Origin: an uncultured Bacteroidales bacterium | GTDB lineage: Bacteria; Bacteroidota; Bacteroidia; Bacteroidales; Paludibacteraceae | Assembly: GCA_902766045.1 (NCBI GenBank) | Contig: CACXCA010000005.1 | Location: forward strand, 1,704-65,703 | DNA: 64,000 nucleotides | Direction: 5' to 3' | Shown here: positions 1-9,615 of the stretch, piece by piece | Layout of the letters: the number at the start of each line of letters is the position of its first letter | How positions within the stretch are numbered: position 1 is the first letter of the stretch | Notes under the pieces: model-generated | The model's database searches: none | Told to the model about the DNA's origin: nothing | The model's input: only the letters and a program-made list of their open reading frames with translations | Translations under genes and position numbers: made by a program

Positions 1-1
1 G

Positions 2-3000
2 CAAACAGAGATTGGTTCTAGTGTGAACTTCTTCACCTATCAATTTAATGATAACACGTTGGCGGACAACTATAATGTTATTGTAAAAGAGGGTAGATTA
101 TTAGTCTTCTCTAACACGTCTGTTAATGTTACGATTACAGAACATGCCGATACATTTGTCTATGATGGAACTGTACATGTTGTAAAGGGATATGATTTCT
201 ATTCAAGTGTTGATTTCTATACAGAGGAGGATTTCAGATTTGTTGGTCGAAACGAACTTGAGGTGACGAATGCAGGTGAATATACAATGAATCTGAAGAA
301 AGAAGATTTCGTAAATGTGAATTATAATTTCACGGATGTAGAATTTGAAATCATCCATAATACCACACTTGTTAAACCGTTGAAGGGTGTGAATGTCACT
401 ATTGTTGGACATACGGATACCTTTATGTATAATGGTATGGAGCAATATGTGGGTGGCTATGATGTGATAACGAATAATGTGCTTTATACGAAAGAGGATA
501 TCTCCTATGCAGGTGTTGATACGGTCAGAGGAACGGATGCTGGTACATACGGAATGAATCTACAGGAGAGTAGCTTCGCCAATATCAATCCAAACTTTGA
601 AGATGTGACATTTGAGGTGTTTAGTAATGACTTGGTTATCCTTCCTCTTCAAAATGTCGTTGTTGTGATTACTGAACATTCAGACACATTAATCTATAAT
701 GGAAAGACGCAACAGGTTTCTGGTTATGATTTTGCATGTAACTCAGATCTTTATAAAGAATCGTTCATTCAATTTAATGGAGACTCTGTCGCACGTGGAT
801 TGAATGTCGGTTCCTATTCAATGAGTTTGACTGAGAATGACTTTAAGAATATAAGCGAAAACTTCACAGACGTAAGATTTGTTGTTGTGAAGGGAACCTT
901 TATGATTACACCGATAGAGTACATTGTGGTAAACATAAAGGAGCATGGTGGAACACATACTTACACAGGAGAGAATCAACAAGTCGTAGGATATGATATT
1001 GAATCGACTTCTTCCTTGTATAAAAAAGGTGATTATAAGTTCTCTGGCGTTGATACTGTGAATGGAATCAATGTGGGTGATTATGAGATGCAATTAAGGG
1101 CCTCAGATTTCGAGAATATCAGTGGAAATTTTGCCAATGTGAAATTCGTCATTGTTGATGATACATTGCATATCGTACCGATTGAAGATGTGGTGGTTAC
1201 AATTACAGAGCATTCCGATACATTTGTCTATAATGGTGAGATGAGATATGCTGCAGGATATGATTTTGTTGCAAACACGCCATATTATCATGAGTATGAT
1301 TTCGACTTCATTGGTGTTGACACGGTATATGGACAGGAGGCTGGTCATTATGGTATGGGATTGAAAGAGACGGATTTTGTCAATAGAAATCGCAACTTTA
1401 CGAATGTCACCTTTGATATTGTTCATGATACATTGGTGATTAAACCATTGGATGGTGTGGAAGTCATCATAACAGAGCATGGTGATACCGTTCTTTATGA
1501 TGGTAAAGAACATATTGTGTGGGGATATGTATTCCATAGTAATGATAAACTATATGTGCCAGAGAATGCTACATTAACTACTTCTGATAGTGTGAGTGGA
1601 ATCAATGCGGGTTCTTATTCGATGAATCTGTCGGCAGATGATTTTAAGAATAATAATCCGAACTTTACGAATGTGAAATTCACCATACGTCATCATTATC
1701 TTGTGATTGTGCCGATTGAAAATGTGAATGTCACGATAAAAGAACATGCAGATACATTTATTTATAATGGTTCTGTACAGTCTGTTTCAGGATATGATAT
1801 TATCCCTGATAATCCATTGTTTGTGAGTGATAATCTAACATTCAAGGGAGACTCTGTTGTTAGTGCTATTTCGGCAGGTAAATATACGATGGATTTATCG
1901 CCATCAGATTTCCTTCCTGCAACCAATAATTTCAAGAATATACATTTCTCTGTAGAGCATGACACGATGGTGGTTTTGCCAAAGAAGGGTGTGGTAGTAC
2001 ATGTTACAGAACATGCTGATACCTTCTTCTATGACGGAGAAGAGAAAATGGTTGGTGGCTATGATTTAGACATCGAGGATCCTTTATATACTGAATCTGA
2101 CATCTTGTTTACAGGAGTTGATACAGTTCGTGGTACTGCTGTAGGTAAATATGGTATGGGACTTCAACCATCAGATTTTGAAAATATCAATCCAGATTTT
2201 GATTCGGTTCAGTTCGTAATCACACATGACTCAATGGTGATTGATCCGATGGTGGAGGTTACGGTTATGTTATCAATGAAGGGTGATACGTTAGTGTATA
2301 ATGGACAAGAACAATTTGTGTCTGGATATAAGATAGTCTCTATCAGCAATCCGATATTGAAAGCTGACGAGATCATCTATACAGGAGAGGCTGAAGATAC
2401 TATAGTACGTCGTAAGGATGTAGGTAAATCAGAGATGCCAATAAATGTAGAATTATTCAAATCGACGAACCCTAATATTACAGACATAAGATTCTTATTG
2501 GTACATAAGCCGTTAGTGATTTTGCCAAAACCTGGTGTCGTAGTTACGATAACAGAAAACAGTGATGTGGTTATGTATGATGGACAGACTCATACGGTAA
2601 GTGGATATACGGTACAGACAAATGATGAACTATATAGTGAGAAGGATTTCAAATTTACTGGTTCTGCTACTATTTCGTCTAAGGATGTAGGTTCTTATTC
2701 AATGAACCTGATTACATCAGACTTTGTCAATAAGAATAATAACTTCAAGGATGTAACCTTTGTTATTGAACGTGGTAGTTTGACAGTTACTCCGCTTGAA
2801 GGTGTGGTTGTGACGATTACAGGTAAAAAGGATACTGTGGAGTACAATGGAATGATGCATTCTATCAAAGGTTCATATCGCACATGTGATAATCCGTTGT
2901 ATGATGTATATGAGGATGTAAATGTCTTGTCATCCAACAAACAGGCGACGGGTATTCAGTCCGGTATTTATTATATGGGATTGCAACCAAGTGATTACGA

Positions 3001-4066
3001 GAACATCAATCCGAATTTCAAAGATGTGAAATTTGTTGTTGAAGATGGTTCATTACAGATTGATAAGGTAAAGCAACCTATTATTATCACAGCTAATAGT
3101 AGTTATAAGTTATATGATGGTAAACCATTGAAGAATGATGGATTTACCTATACGTCAGAACGTTTGGATCAGATTGGAGACCGTATTAAGGCTGTTATCG
3201 AGGGCGAAATAACAAATGTAGGTACTATCAATAATGAGATTGTCTCTTATAAGATCATAAACAGAAATGGAGAGAATGTGACGAACAATTATGAGAAGAT
3301 TATATTAAATGATGGTTGGTTGCAGATCAATCCACGTACCATTACGCTTACTTCAGCATCAGCTGAAAAAGAGTATGATGGTAAACCATTGGTTTGTGAT
3401 TCTGTAATTGTCTCAGGTGAAGGATTGGCCGAGTTGGATCGTATCATCTTCCATGTTGATGGAGAACAGTTTAATGTTGGAGAAAGTTCGAATACCTTCA
3501 CATACGAGTTGGTGGGCTCTCCATTCTTGTTGAATAATTATAATATCAATGTGGTTGAGGGTACGTTACGTGTGACGCCTAATTCAACACCGATCGATAT
3601 AACGGCTGCAAGTGATAAGAAGTATTATGATAAGTTGCCATTGGAGAATCCAACATATACATTTACAGAAGATGTATTGGCGGAAGGAGATACATTGTAT
3701 GTTGTTGTTTCAGGTTCTATCACCGAGGTGGGCGTTACGGACAATGTCATCACGGAATATTATATTCTTAGGGATGGAGTTGATGTGACAGACAACTATA
3801 CTATAGGCAAAATTATCAATGGTGTCCTTGAAGTATTATATTCAGAACGACTCTATACAATCTATGGTGGTAAGGGAGAGATTGTCTTCCAAGATGTGAA
3901 AGCTCCAGTTAGAGTGTTTGACACATGGGGACGTGTTTTGTATCCTGAAATATCTCCATCTTGTCCGGAATTTAATCCAGGAGAATACTATTCGATGAGT
4001 GTAGCTAAACAAGGTGTATATTATGTACGCGTATTAGGTGAGACGGTTAAAGTGGTAGTGAAATAA
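2..4066 (+). CDS. Repeat-rich surface adhesin-like protein, 5'-truncated by the window edge. About 11 tandem 89-aa 'ITEH.DTF.Y[DN]G' (MBG-like) modules, then 3 'YDGKPL'-type MBG-like modules, then a T9SS type-A-like C-terminal domain.
   Basis: The frame is open from nt 2; the GTG at 23 is only the first start the track could use. The codon string ACA-GAR-CAT (or AAA-GAA-CAT) for the T/K-E-H motif recurs at 137, 671, 1205 and 1739, an exact 534-nt spacing, and again at 2006 (267 nt), giving an 89-codon module. Later 'YKLYDGKPL', 'EKEYDGKPL' and 'KKYYDKLPL' modules follow. The last ~70 aa (..VRVFDTWGRVL...GVYYVRVLGETVKVVVK) look like a Por_Secre_tail-type sorting domain. Confidence 0.8.
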   Translation, partial: QTEIGSSVNFFTYQFNDNTLADNYNVIVKEGRLLVFSNTSVNVTITEHADTFVYDGTVHVVKGYDFYSSVDFYTEEDFRFVGRNELEVTNAGEYTMNLKKEDFVNVNYNFTDVEFEIIHNTTLVKPLKGVNVTIVGHTDTFMYNGMEQYVGGYDVITNNVLYTKEDISYAGVDTVRGTDAGTYGMNLQESSFANINPNFEDVTFEVFSNDLVILPLQNVVVVITEHSDTLIYNGKTQQVSGYDFACNSDLYKESFIQFNGDSVARGLNVGSYSMSLTENDFKNISENFTDVRFVVVKGTFMITPIEYIVVNIKEHGGTHTYTGENQQVVGYDIESTSSLYKKGDYKFSGVDTVNGINVGDYEMQLRASDFENISGNFANVKFVIVDDTLHIVPIEDVVVTITEHSDTFVYNGEMRYAAGYDFVANTPYYHEYDFDFIGVDTVYGQEAGHYGMGLKETDFVNRNRNFTNVTFDIVHDTLVIKPLDGVEVIITEHGDTVLYDGKEHIVWGYVFHSNDKLYVPENATLTTSDSVSGINAGSYSMNLSADDFKNNNPNFTNVKFTIRHHYLVIVPIENVNVTIKEHADTFIYNGSVQSVSGYDIIPDNPLFVSDNLTFKGDSVVSAISAGKYTMDLSPSDFLPATNNFKNIHFSVEHDTMVVLPKKGVVVHVTEHADTFFYDGEEKMVGGYDLDIEDPLYTESDILFTGVDTVRGTAVGKYGMGLQPSDFENINPDFDSVQFVITHDSMVIDPMVEVTVMLSMKGDTLVYNGQEQFVSGYKIVSISNPILKADEIIYTGEAEDTIVRRKDVGKSEMPINVELFKSTNPNITDIRFLLVHKPLVILPKPGVVVTITENSDVVMYDGQTHTVSGYTVQTNDELYSEKDFKFTGSATISSKDVGSYSMNLITSDFVNKNNNFKDVTFVIERGSLTVTPLEGVVVTITGKKDTVEYNGMMHSIKGSYRTCDNPLYDVYEDVNVLSSNKQATGIQSGIYYMGLQPSDYENINPNFKDVKFVVEDGSLQIDKVKQPIIITANSSYKLYDGKPLKNDGFTYTSERLDQIGDRIKAVIEGEITNVGTINNEIVSYKIINRNGENVTNNYEKIILNDGWLQINPRTITLTSASAEKEYDGKPLVCDSVIVSGEGLAELDRIIFHVDGEQFNVGESSNTFTYELVGSPFLLNNYNINVVEGTLRVTPNSTPIDITAASDKKYYDKLPLENPTYTFTEDVLAEGDTLYVVVSGSITEVGVTDNVITEYYILRDGVDVTDNYTIGKIINGVLEVLYSERLYTIYGGKGEIVFQDVKAPVRVFDTWGRVLYPEISPSCPEFNPGEYYSMSVAKQGVYYVRVLGETVKVVVK

Positions 4067-4183
4067 ACAGGTTGATTTTAGAGCAATCAGTTGGGTTCTT
4101 CAAGGTTAATTTTGAAAGGACTTTTTAACGCAAAATAGTTGCTTTTATCAATATTATTATCTATATTGGTAGTTCTAAAATAG

Positions 4184-5980
4184 ATGAATATGGATCACAT
4201 GAAGATTTGGAAAATTGCATTACACTGTAGGGTAAATATATTGATGTCTGTAGTGCTTATCTTGGCAATAAGTACAGGATGCACAGAGAAAAAGAAGCGA
4301 TGTTACAGTGTGACGTTATGTGAAGAATGGCCGGTTGTCGATGAATCTATAACTTCGAATTATGAGATGGAGGGGGATTCGTCTTACTATGTGTTGGAGA
4401 AATCATCTCGATTTTCCAGCCATTGGAATAAGGTGACGTATGTCTCGTCGGGAGAGGAGCGTTCGTTCAATTCCATCCTCACGCTACCTAAAAGCTCGTC
4501 TTTGTCGTTGAAGAATATTATGTGGAACAGTTTTGCTTCCAAAGTTAGATCGTGGGTATATACAGAAGATAAGGATGGCGCAGTTGATAATGTCAAAGCG
4601 TATGACATAGATGGTAATTTGCTATATACGCAGTATTATAGTCAGAAGGAATACGAGAAAGGTGATTTGAAGAAATGTGTTATAACATACGTGGATGCCG
4701 ATGGTGACACAATTCAATCGTATGATAAAGGAGCCTCTAGAGCTATTGTTCACTTAAATGATAAAGGATATCGAGATATTGTTTATTTCCAAAATGCACA
4801 GGGTGAGAGATGCCGAAACCAGTATGGCTTCGCGAATTTCAAAATAGGATATGACCGTAAGGGTAGTGTATCTGTTCCTTCTGGCTCGTACGATGGTGTG
4901 AACTCACATACTTATATTCTCTTGGACAATGAGAATAAAGAAAAAGTTTCGGTAAATATGGATTTCTTGCGTCAAATTAAGAAACCATATCCTATATGTA
5001 ATATAGAAATAGATGGTGATGTGAAAACGGAACGTTCTGTTTCAGATTCTGTTACGTATGTTACAACCTCTTTTGAAAAAGATGAGACTTCTATTCCGAT
5101 AGATGACAAAACCTATAAAATTGTTAGTACGTATGATGCAAAAGGTCATTTGTTAAAACGTGCATGTCAGAATAAAAATGGTGAGAATGTTTCCTCCATG
5201 CTGGTTACCGTATATACGTATGATGAGTATGGTTTTTTGGTGTTGACCGAATTGCTTTCATCTGATGAAAAACGTCCTGTTAATGGTCCTCTGGGTTGGC
5301 AAAAACGTGAGTATAAATATGATGACAACCATTTCCTGAGTGAGATTATCTATTATGATCCATCAGGCTATATTGTTATGACACCGCATGAATCTTATTA
5401 TGCATTATACCAGGATTATGATGACTATGGACGATTGCTCATGGTTTCTTGTTTGGGACGTAGTTTAAATAGATTTAAAGATGTTTTGAGGAGGAATATA
5501 TATGATTATTATAATGATTATTTTCCTCAGAAGGAATTGTTTTATGATTATGAAGCGGGTAGTTATCCCATATATCAGACACACTATTCATATTACAAAA
5601 ATGGGGATGAGTATTACGTAGGTCATTCTTATTCATTGGAAGGAAAGAATGTTCCAGCATTTGATAATCTGTTTGAGAAGGTGGTGATGTATGATAAACA
5701 AGGGAATCGTATTGTTCGATATTTAGATGATAAAGAAAATATTCTCAAGAGTGATTCATTTATGAATGAATCAGAGGCTTTTTCGTTAAAGGATCAAATA
5801 AAGGGTGAAAAACATCCTCGTTACTGTGTGATAAATACTAATCGCTGGCGATTTGAGGGATATATGCTGAATGGCGAACCTCATGGCGAAGGATGTATTG
5901 AATGGACCGAGTCGGGTGAGGTTTTGGTAGGCAACTTCCATGGATGGAATTTGATATCTTATTTTCAAAAGGTTAATTGA
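4184..5980 (+). CDS. Putative lipoprotein with YD/RHS-type repeats and a MORN-like C-terminus
   Basis: The N-terminus has a hydrophobic segment ending in a lipobox-like LAISTG|C. YD motifs recur (YDIDGNLLY, YDAKGHLL, YTYDEYGFLV, YKYDDNHFL, YDDYGRLL, YDKQGNRIV). The C-terminal GYMLNGEPHGEGCIEW..GEVLVGNFHG is MORN-like. Confidence 0.6.
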   Translation: MNMDHMKIWKIALHCRVNILMSVVLILAISTGCTEKKKRCYSVTLCEEWPVVDESITSNYEMEGDSSYYVLEKSSRFSSHWNKVTYVSSGEERSFNSILTLPKSSSLSLKNIMWNSFASKVRSWVYTEDKDGAVDNVKAYDIDGNLLYTQYYSQKEYEKGDLKKCVITYVDADGDTIQSYDKGASRAIVHLNDKGYRDIVYFQNAQGERCRNQYGFANFKIGYDRKGSVSVPSGSYDGVNSHTYILLDNENKEKVSVNMDFLRQIKKPYPICNIEIDGDVKTERSVSDSVTYVTTSFEKDETSIPIDDKTYKIVSTYDAKGHLLKRACQNKNGENVSSMLVTVYTYDEYGFLVLTELLSSDEKRPVNGPLGWQKREYKYDDNHFLSEIIYYDPSGYIVMTPHESYYALYQDYDDYGRLLMVSCLGRSLNRFKDVLRRNIYDYYNDYFPQKELFYDYEAGSYPIYQTHYSYYKNGDEYYVGHSYSLEGKNVPAFDNLFEKVVMYDKQGNRIVRYLDDKENILKSDSFMNESEAFSLKDQIKGEKHPRYCVINTNRWRFEGYMLNGEPHGEGCIEWTESGEVLVGNFHGWNLISYFQKVN

Positions 5981-5988
5981 GTTAGGTT

Positions 5989-8900
5989 ATGTGTAATAAG
6001 TTGAAATATGTTTTGTTGTTTTTTGTGGGACTATGCTATAGCCAGATGTCTGCAAAAGAGGTGTTGTGGACCGATGTGGTGAAGACAAAACCCTCCACCT
6101 ATGTGGTTAAGGATGATACTATTTTATTAAAGGATAAAAAGGCTGTGGCATGGCTTGCCTCTGTCAGCAATGGATTAAATGGACAAGAAGCATCGACATT
6201 TGAAGGGAAAGTGGTTCGTTTGATGCAGGATGTAGATATGGATGAATATGGATTCCGTTCTTTCATCTCTACTTTTAATGGTGTGTTTGATGGTTGTAAT
6301 CATGTGATTGCCAATTTGAATGATTCATCTAATACGTTTTGCCGTATCAATGAAGGCGTAATCAAGAATCTGGAAAGAAGAGGTAAAGTGGCTGGTGTTT
6401 ATATTAAGGATGTTGATTATCAGTCATGTGCATGTATTGCTGCAGATAATATGGGAACGATAGAAAATTGTCGGGTTCATTACACTGAGATGTCTTTTAT
6501 CTCCTCCATGCAGATTACGGTGGGTGTGATAGCTGCTAATAATTATGGAACAATTGAACGATGCTATACGGAAGGACATTGGATTGTGTCTGGTGCTTTT
6601 TCTGACAAATCATATTTAGGGGGCATCACTGCGTATAATAGTGGTATTATTCGAAATTGTAAAAACAGTGCTATTATCGATGGGTATTGTAAAGCAACAG
6701 GAGGTATTGCTGCGGTCAATCAGGGATATATGGCCAATTGTGCCAATACGGGAGAATTGAGAAGTGGTACTCTCATGGGTGGCTTGTGCGGTGTGTTTCA
6801 GGGAACCAACAGTATGATAGAGAATTGTTATAGTACTGCATCTCAGAATGGAAATGGACTGGTAGGAACGCAGAACGGTGGTATCCTAAGAAACTGTTAT
6901 TCAGCTTCAAAAAATAATGCTATTGGGAAGATTACCAATTCTACTATGAACGAGTACATTTATGTATGTGCAGATTCGGTAGCATCGGTGGAGAAGAATG
7001 TATATACATTCAGTGGTGTTGGACGCTATTGTCAGACAACGGATAGTGTGTTTGGTAAGGTTGCAATGCCTGATGTCTTGAATATGTGGAGCACGTTGCA
7101 AGATAATGATGACTATTCTCGTTGGACAGAGGATCGTGTAGGAATCAATAAAGGATACCCTATATTCACATGGGAATTGGATGATAATATGTATGAAAAA
7201 CCATATGAACTTTGGGTGAATGTTGTAAAAGAGAGACCTGAGACCTATGTAGAAGACGGGGATGTGATATACATTGGAGATGAACGTGCATTTGCATGGA
7301 TGGCTTCAGTGACGAATGGACTGAATGGATGTAAACAAGATGTTTATGGCAACAAGACTATTTATTTGTTGTCTGACGTGAACATGGCTCAATATGAGTG
7401 GACTCCGTTGAAGAATTTTGCAGGTGTATTTAAAGGGAATGATCATGTTGTGAAAGGTATCTTTATTGAAGATACCCTTTCGAATGTTGGTTGTATGGTA
7501 GCTAACAGTGGCGTGATACAGGATTTGAAGTTGCAGAACACCTCTATTTATGTCTATACCGGCATGAATGTGAAAGGTGCTATGTTAGTTGCAGATAACA
7601 AAGGAAAGATAGAAAACTGCGAAACGGATGGAGATATTAGGATGGATGGCTATTCTGCTGACTGTAGCGCATTGCGTCTGGGTGGTATTGTCGGTGTGAA
7701 TACAGGTTCTATCGTTAGTAGTGCATCGTATGGTAAAGTATATTTGAAATATGAAAGTCTCGGTTCCTATCCAACTGCGGAAAATATTGTAGGTGGAGTG
7801 GTGGCCGACAATCAAGGTACAGTCAATACATGTATTAACAATGCTGAAGTTGATGGAATGTGTTACAGTATTGGTGGAATTGCAGGAAGAATCAGCGGAA
7901 AGGGTAAGGTCTTGAATTGTGCAAACAAAGGGTATGTGACCAAGTTGACATCGCCTAATACAACTGTTGTGGGAGGTTTAGTTGGTTATATGCGCGATAA
8001 TGCGACTATATACAACTCATATAATAGTGTATGGGTGGATGGATGCTCGTTGGTGGGTGTCCAGTTTTCAGGAAAGATCGGTAATTGCTATAAGGTAGCT
8101 AGTCCAGTTGCTATAGGTGAATCATCTGTGAATGCATTTGAACATATATATTCATGTGCAGATAGCACTTCCTCTACACAGAATGTCAACTACACATTCA
8201 CGGGTAATGGACGAAAGTGTACACTTGCTGAACCCGTATATCAAACCACTAGTTTTGTCGAAGCATTGAATGCATGGGTGAAAGAACAGGGAAATCCTGA
8301 TTACTTGTCATGGGGAATAGATCTTAAAAAGAAAAACAACGGATATCCAACATTGATTGAAACGGTGAAGAAGGATACAACCTTCTATGTTTGTCCAGAT
8401 GTTGAGTATTATGGTAAAGTATATACATCTGAGGATGATTCTGTAGTTCAGGCTGTTACTTGGAATGATACGTTATATGAAAACGCAAGAATCATTTTGA
8501 AGGTGAAGTTTGATGGGCTTACGATTGTACATAGAAGTTCATTCGTGGTAGGTGAGGTGTTGAATCTGGCCGTCTCAACAGCATTCCCAAGTACATACTG
8601 GAAATTAGAAGATGGAACAAGTTATGCAGGCGTGGTATATCCTATGCCTGTGGATATCTCCTTTATTGACGGGAAGAAGATTACGGTGACAGTATCTAAA
8701 AGTGGTTGTTCTCATGAATTGACAGACTCGTTGGTGGCAAAACGATTAGAGTATGATACATTGATATATGTATGTCCGGAGATTGATTACTATGGTAGAG
8801 AGTTCACGGAAGAGGATGATGGGACCATACAGGTCATAAATTGGAATCGAGAAAAAATTAAAGCAAGGATCGTTCTAAAAGCAAATTTCTCTAAAGTTAA

Positions 8901-9615
8901 GTATAAGGCTCCGTCGTCATTCTGTATTGATGACACTGTATCACTACGTCTTTCAGGTGCCGACAGCTATATATGGAAGTTGGATTCAGATACATTATAT
9001 GTGGATGGAAAGATGCATAAGAAGGACCGTTATGACTGGGTTATGACATCACAGGATGTTGGAATGACGATAGATGTGGCGGCGGTACTTAATGGATGCG
9101 AGCATCATTTCTATGATACAATCCGGACGAAGTCAGAACCTGACATTGTCTATATGGAGGGCTGGGGAGATGTCCTAGCTATTAACAATTCACAAAATAA
9201 ATATATATCCTTCCAATGGTATTTCAATGGAGGAATGATGGAAGATCAGGTGGAGCAGTATTTATATCAGCCAGAAGGATTGTATTCTGGTACATATACA
9301 GCGGTGGCATATAAGGCAGATGGAACAGAAGAGAATCTTTGTTCAATTGTGATTGCAGGTAGTAATGGAAAGGAGAGAAGCATGCAGTTGCAGCCGACAC
9401 TTATTAAAACGTTTGATGCACCATCTTTGATTGGTGATTATGATGTTGAATCTATACAAATGATCTCAGTTGTTGACAGTAAAGGTAACACGGTATGTCA
9501 GGGTAGAGACATGGAGTCTATTGATTTCTCTGGCTTACAAGATGGATTGTATATAATTTGTATAAGGATGTGTGATGATACTATATTTACCTCTAAATTT
9601 TCTATAAAAAGATGA
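5989..9615 (+). CDS. GLUG-motif repeat protein with an internal ~383-aa tandem duplication and a T9SS type-A-like C-terminal domain
   Basis: Signal peptide MCNKLKYVLLFFVGLCYS|Q. GLUG-like motifs recur (GGITAYNSGIIRNC, GGIAAVNQGYMANC, GGLCGVFQG..IENCY, GGIVGVNTGSIVSS, GGVVADNQGTVNTC, GGIAGRISG). The unit starting EVLWTDVVKTKPSTY (~6058) repeats as ELWVNVVKERPETY (~7207). The C-terminus ..DGLYIICIRMCDDTIFTSKFSIKR is sorting-domain-like. Confidence 0.7.
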   Translation: MCNKLKYVLLFFVGLCYSQMSAKEVLWTDVVKTKPSTYVVKDDTILLKDKKAVAWLASVSNGLNGQEASTFEGKVVRLMQDVDMDEYGFRSFISTFNGVFDGCNHVIANLNDSSNTFCRINEGVIKNLERRGKVAGVYIKDVDYQSCACIAADNMGTIENCRVHYTEMSFISSMQITVGVIAANNYGTIERCYTEGHWIVSGAFSDKSYLGGITAYNSGIIRNCKNSAIIDGYCKATGGIAAVNQGYMANCANTGELRSGTLMGGLCGVFQGTNSMIENCYSTASQNGNGLVGTQNGGILRNCYSASKNNAIGKITNSTMNEYIYVCADSVASVEKNVYTFSGVGRYCQTTDSVFGKVAMPDVLNMWSTLQDNDDYSRWTEDRVGINKGYPIFTWELDDNMYEKPYELWVNVVKERPETYVEDGDVIYIGDERAFAWMASVTNGLNGCKQDVYGNKTIYLLSDVNMAQYEWTPLKNFAGVFKGNDHVVKGIFIEDTLSNVGCMVANSGVIQDLKLQNTSIYVYTGMNVKGAMLVADNKGKIENCETDGDIRMDGYSADCSALRLGGIVGVNTGSIVSSASYGKVYLKYESLGSYPTAENIVGGVVADNQGTVNTCINNAEVDGMCYSIGGIAGRISGKGKVLNCANKGYVTKLTSPNTTVVGGLVGYMRDNATIYNSYNSVWVDGCSLVGVQFSGKIGNCYKVASPVAIGESSVNAFEHIYSCADSTSSTQNVNYTFTGNGRKCTLAEPVYQTTSFVEALNAWVKEQGNPDYLSWGIDLKKKNNGYPTLIETVKKDTTFYVCPDVEYYGKVYTSEDDSVVQAVTWNDTLYENARIILKVKFDGLTIVHRSSFVVGEVLNLAVSTAFPSTYWKLEDGTSYAGVVYPMPVDISFIDGKKITVTVSKSGCSHELTDSLVAKRLEYDTLIYVCPEIDYYGREFTEEDDGTIQVINWNREKIKARIVLKANFSKVKYKAPSSFCIDDTVSLRLSGADSYIWKLDSDTLYVDGKMHKKDRYDWVMTSQDVGMTIDVAAVLNGCEHHFYDTIRTKSEPDIVYMEGWGDVLAINNSQNKYISFQWYFNGGMMEDQVEQYLYQPEGLYSGTYTAVAYKADGTEENLCSIVIAGSNGKERSMQLQPTLIKTFDAPSLIGDYDVESIQMISVVDSKGNTVCQGRDMESIDFSGLQDGLYIICIRMCDDTIFTSKFSIKR

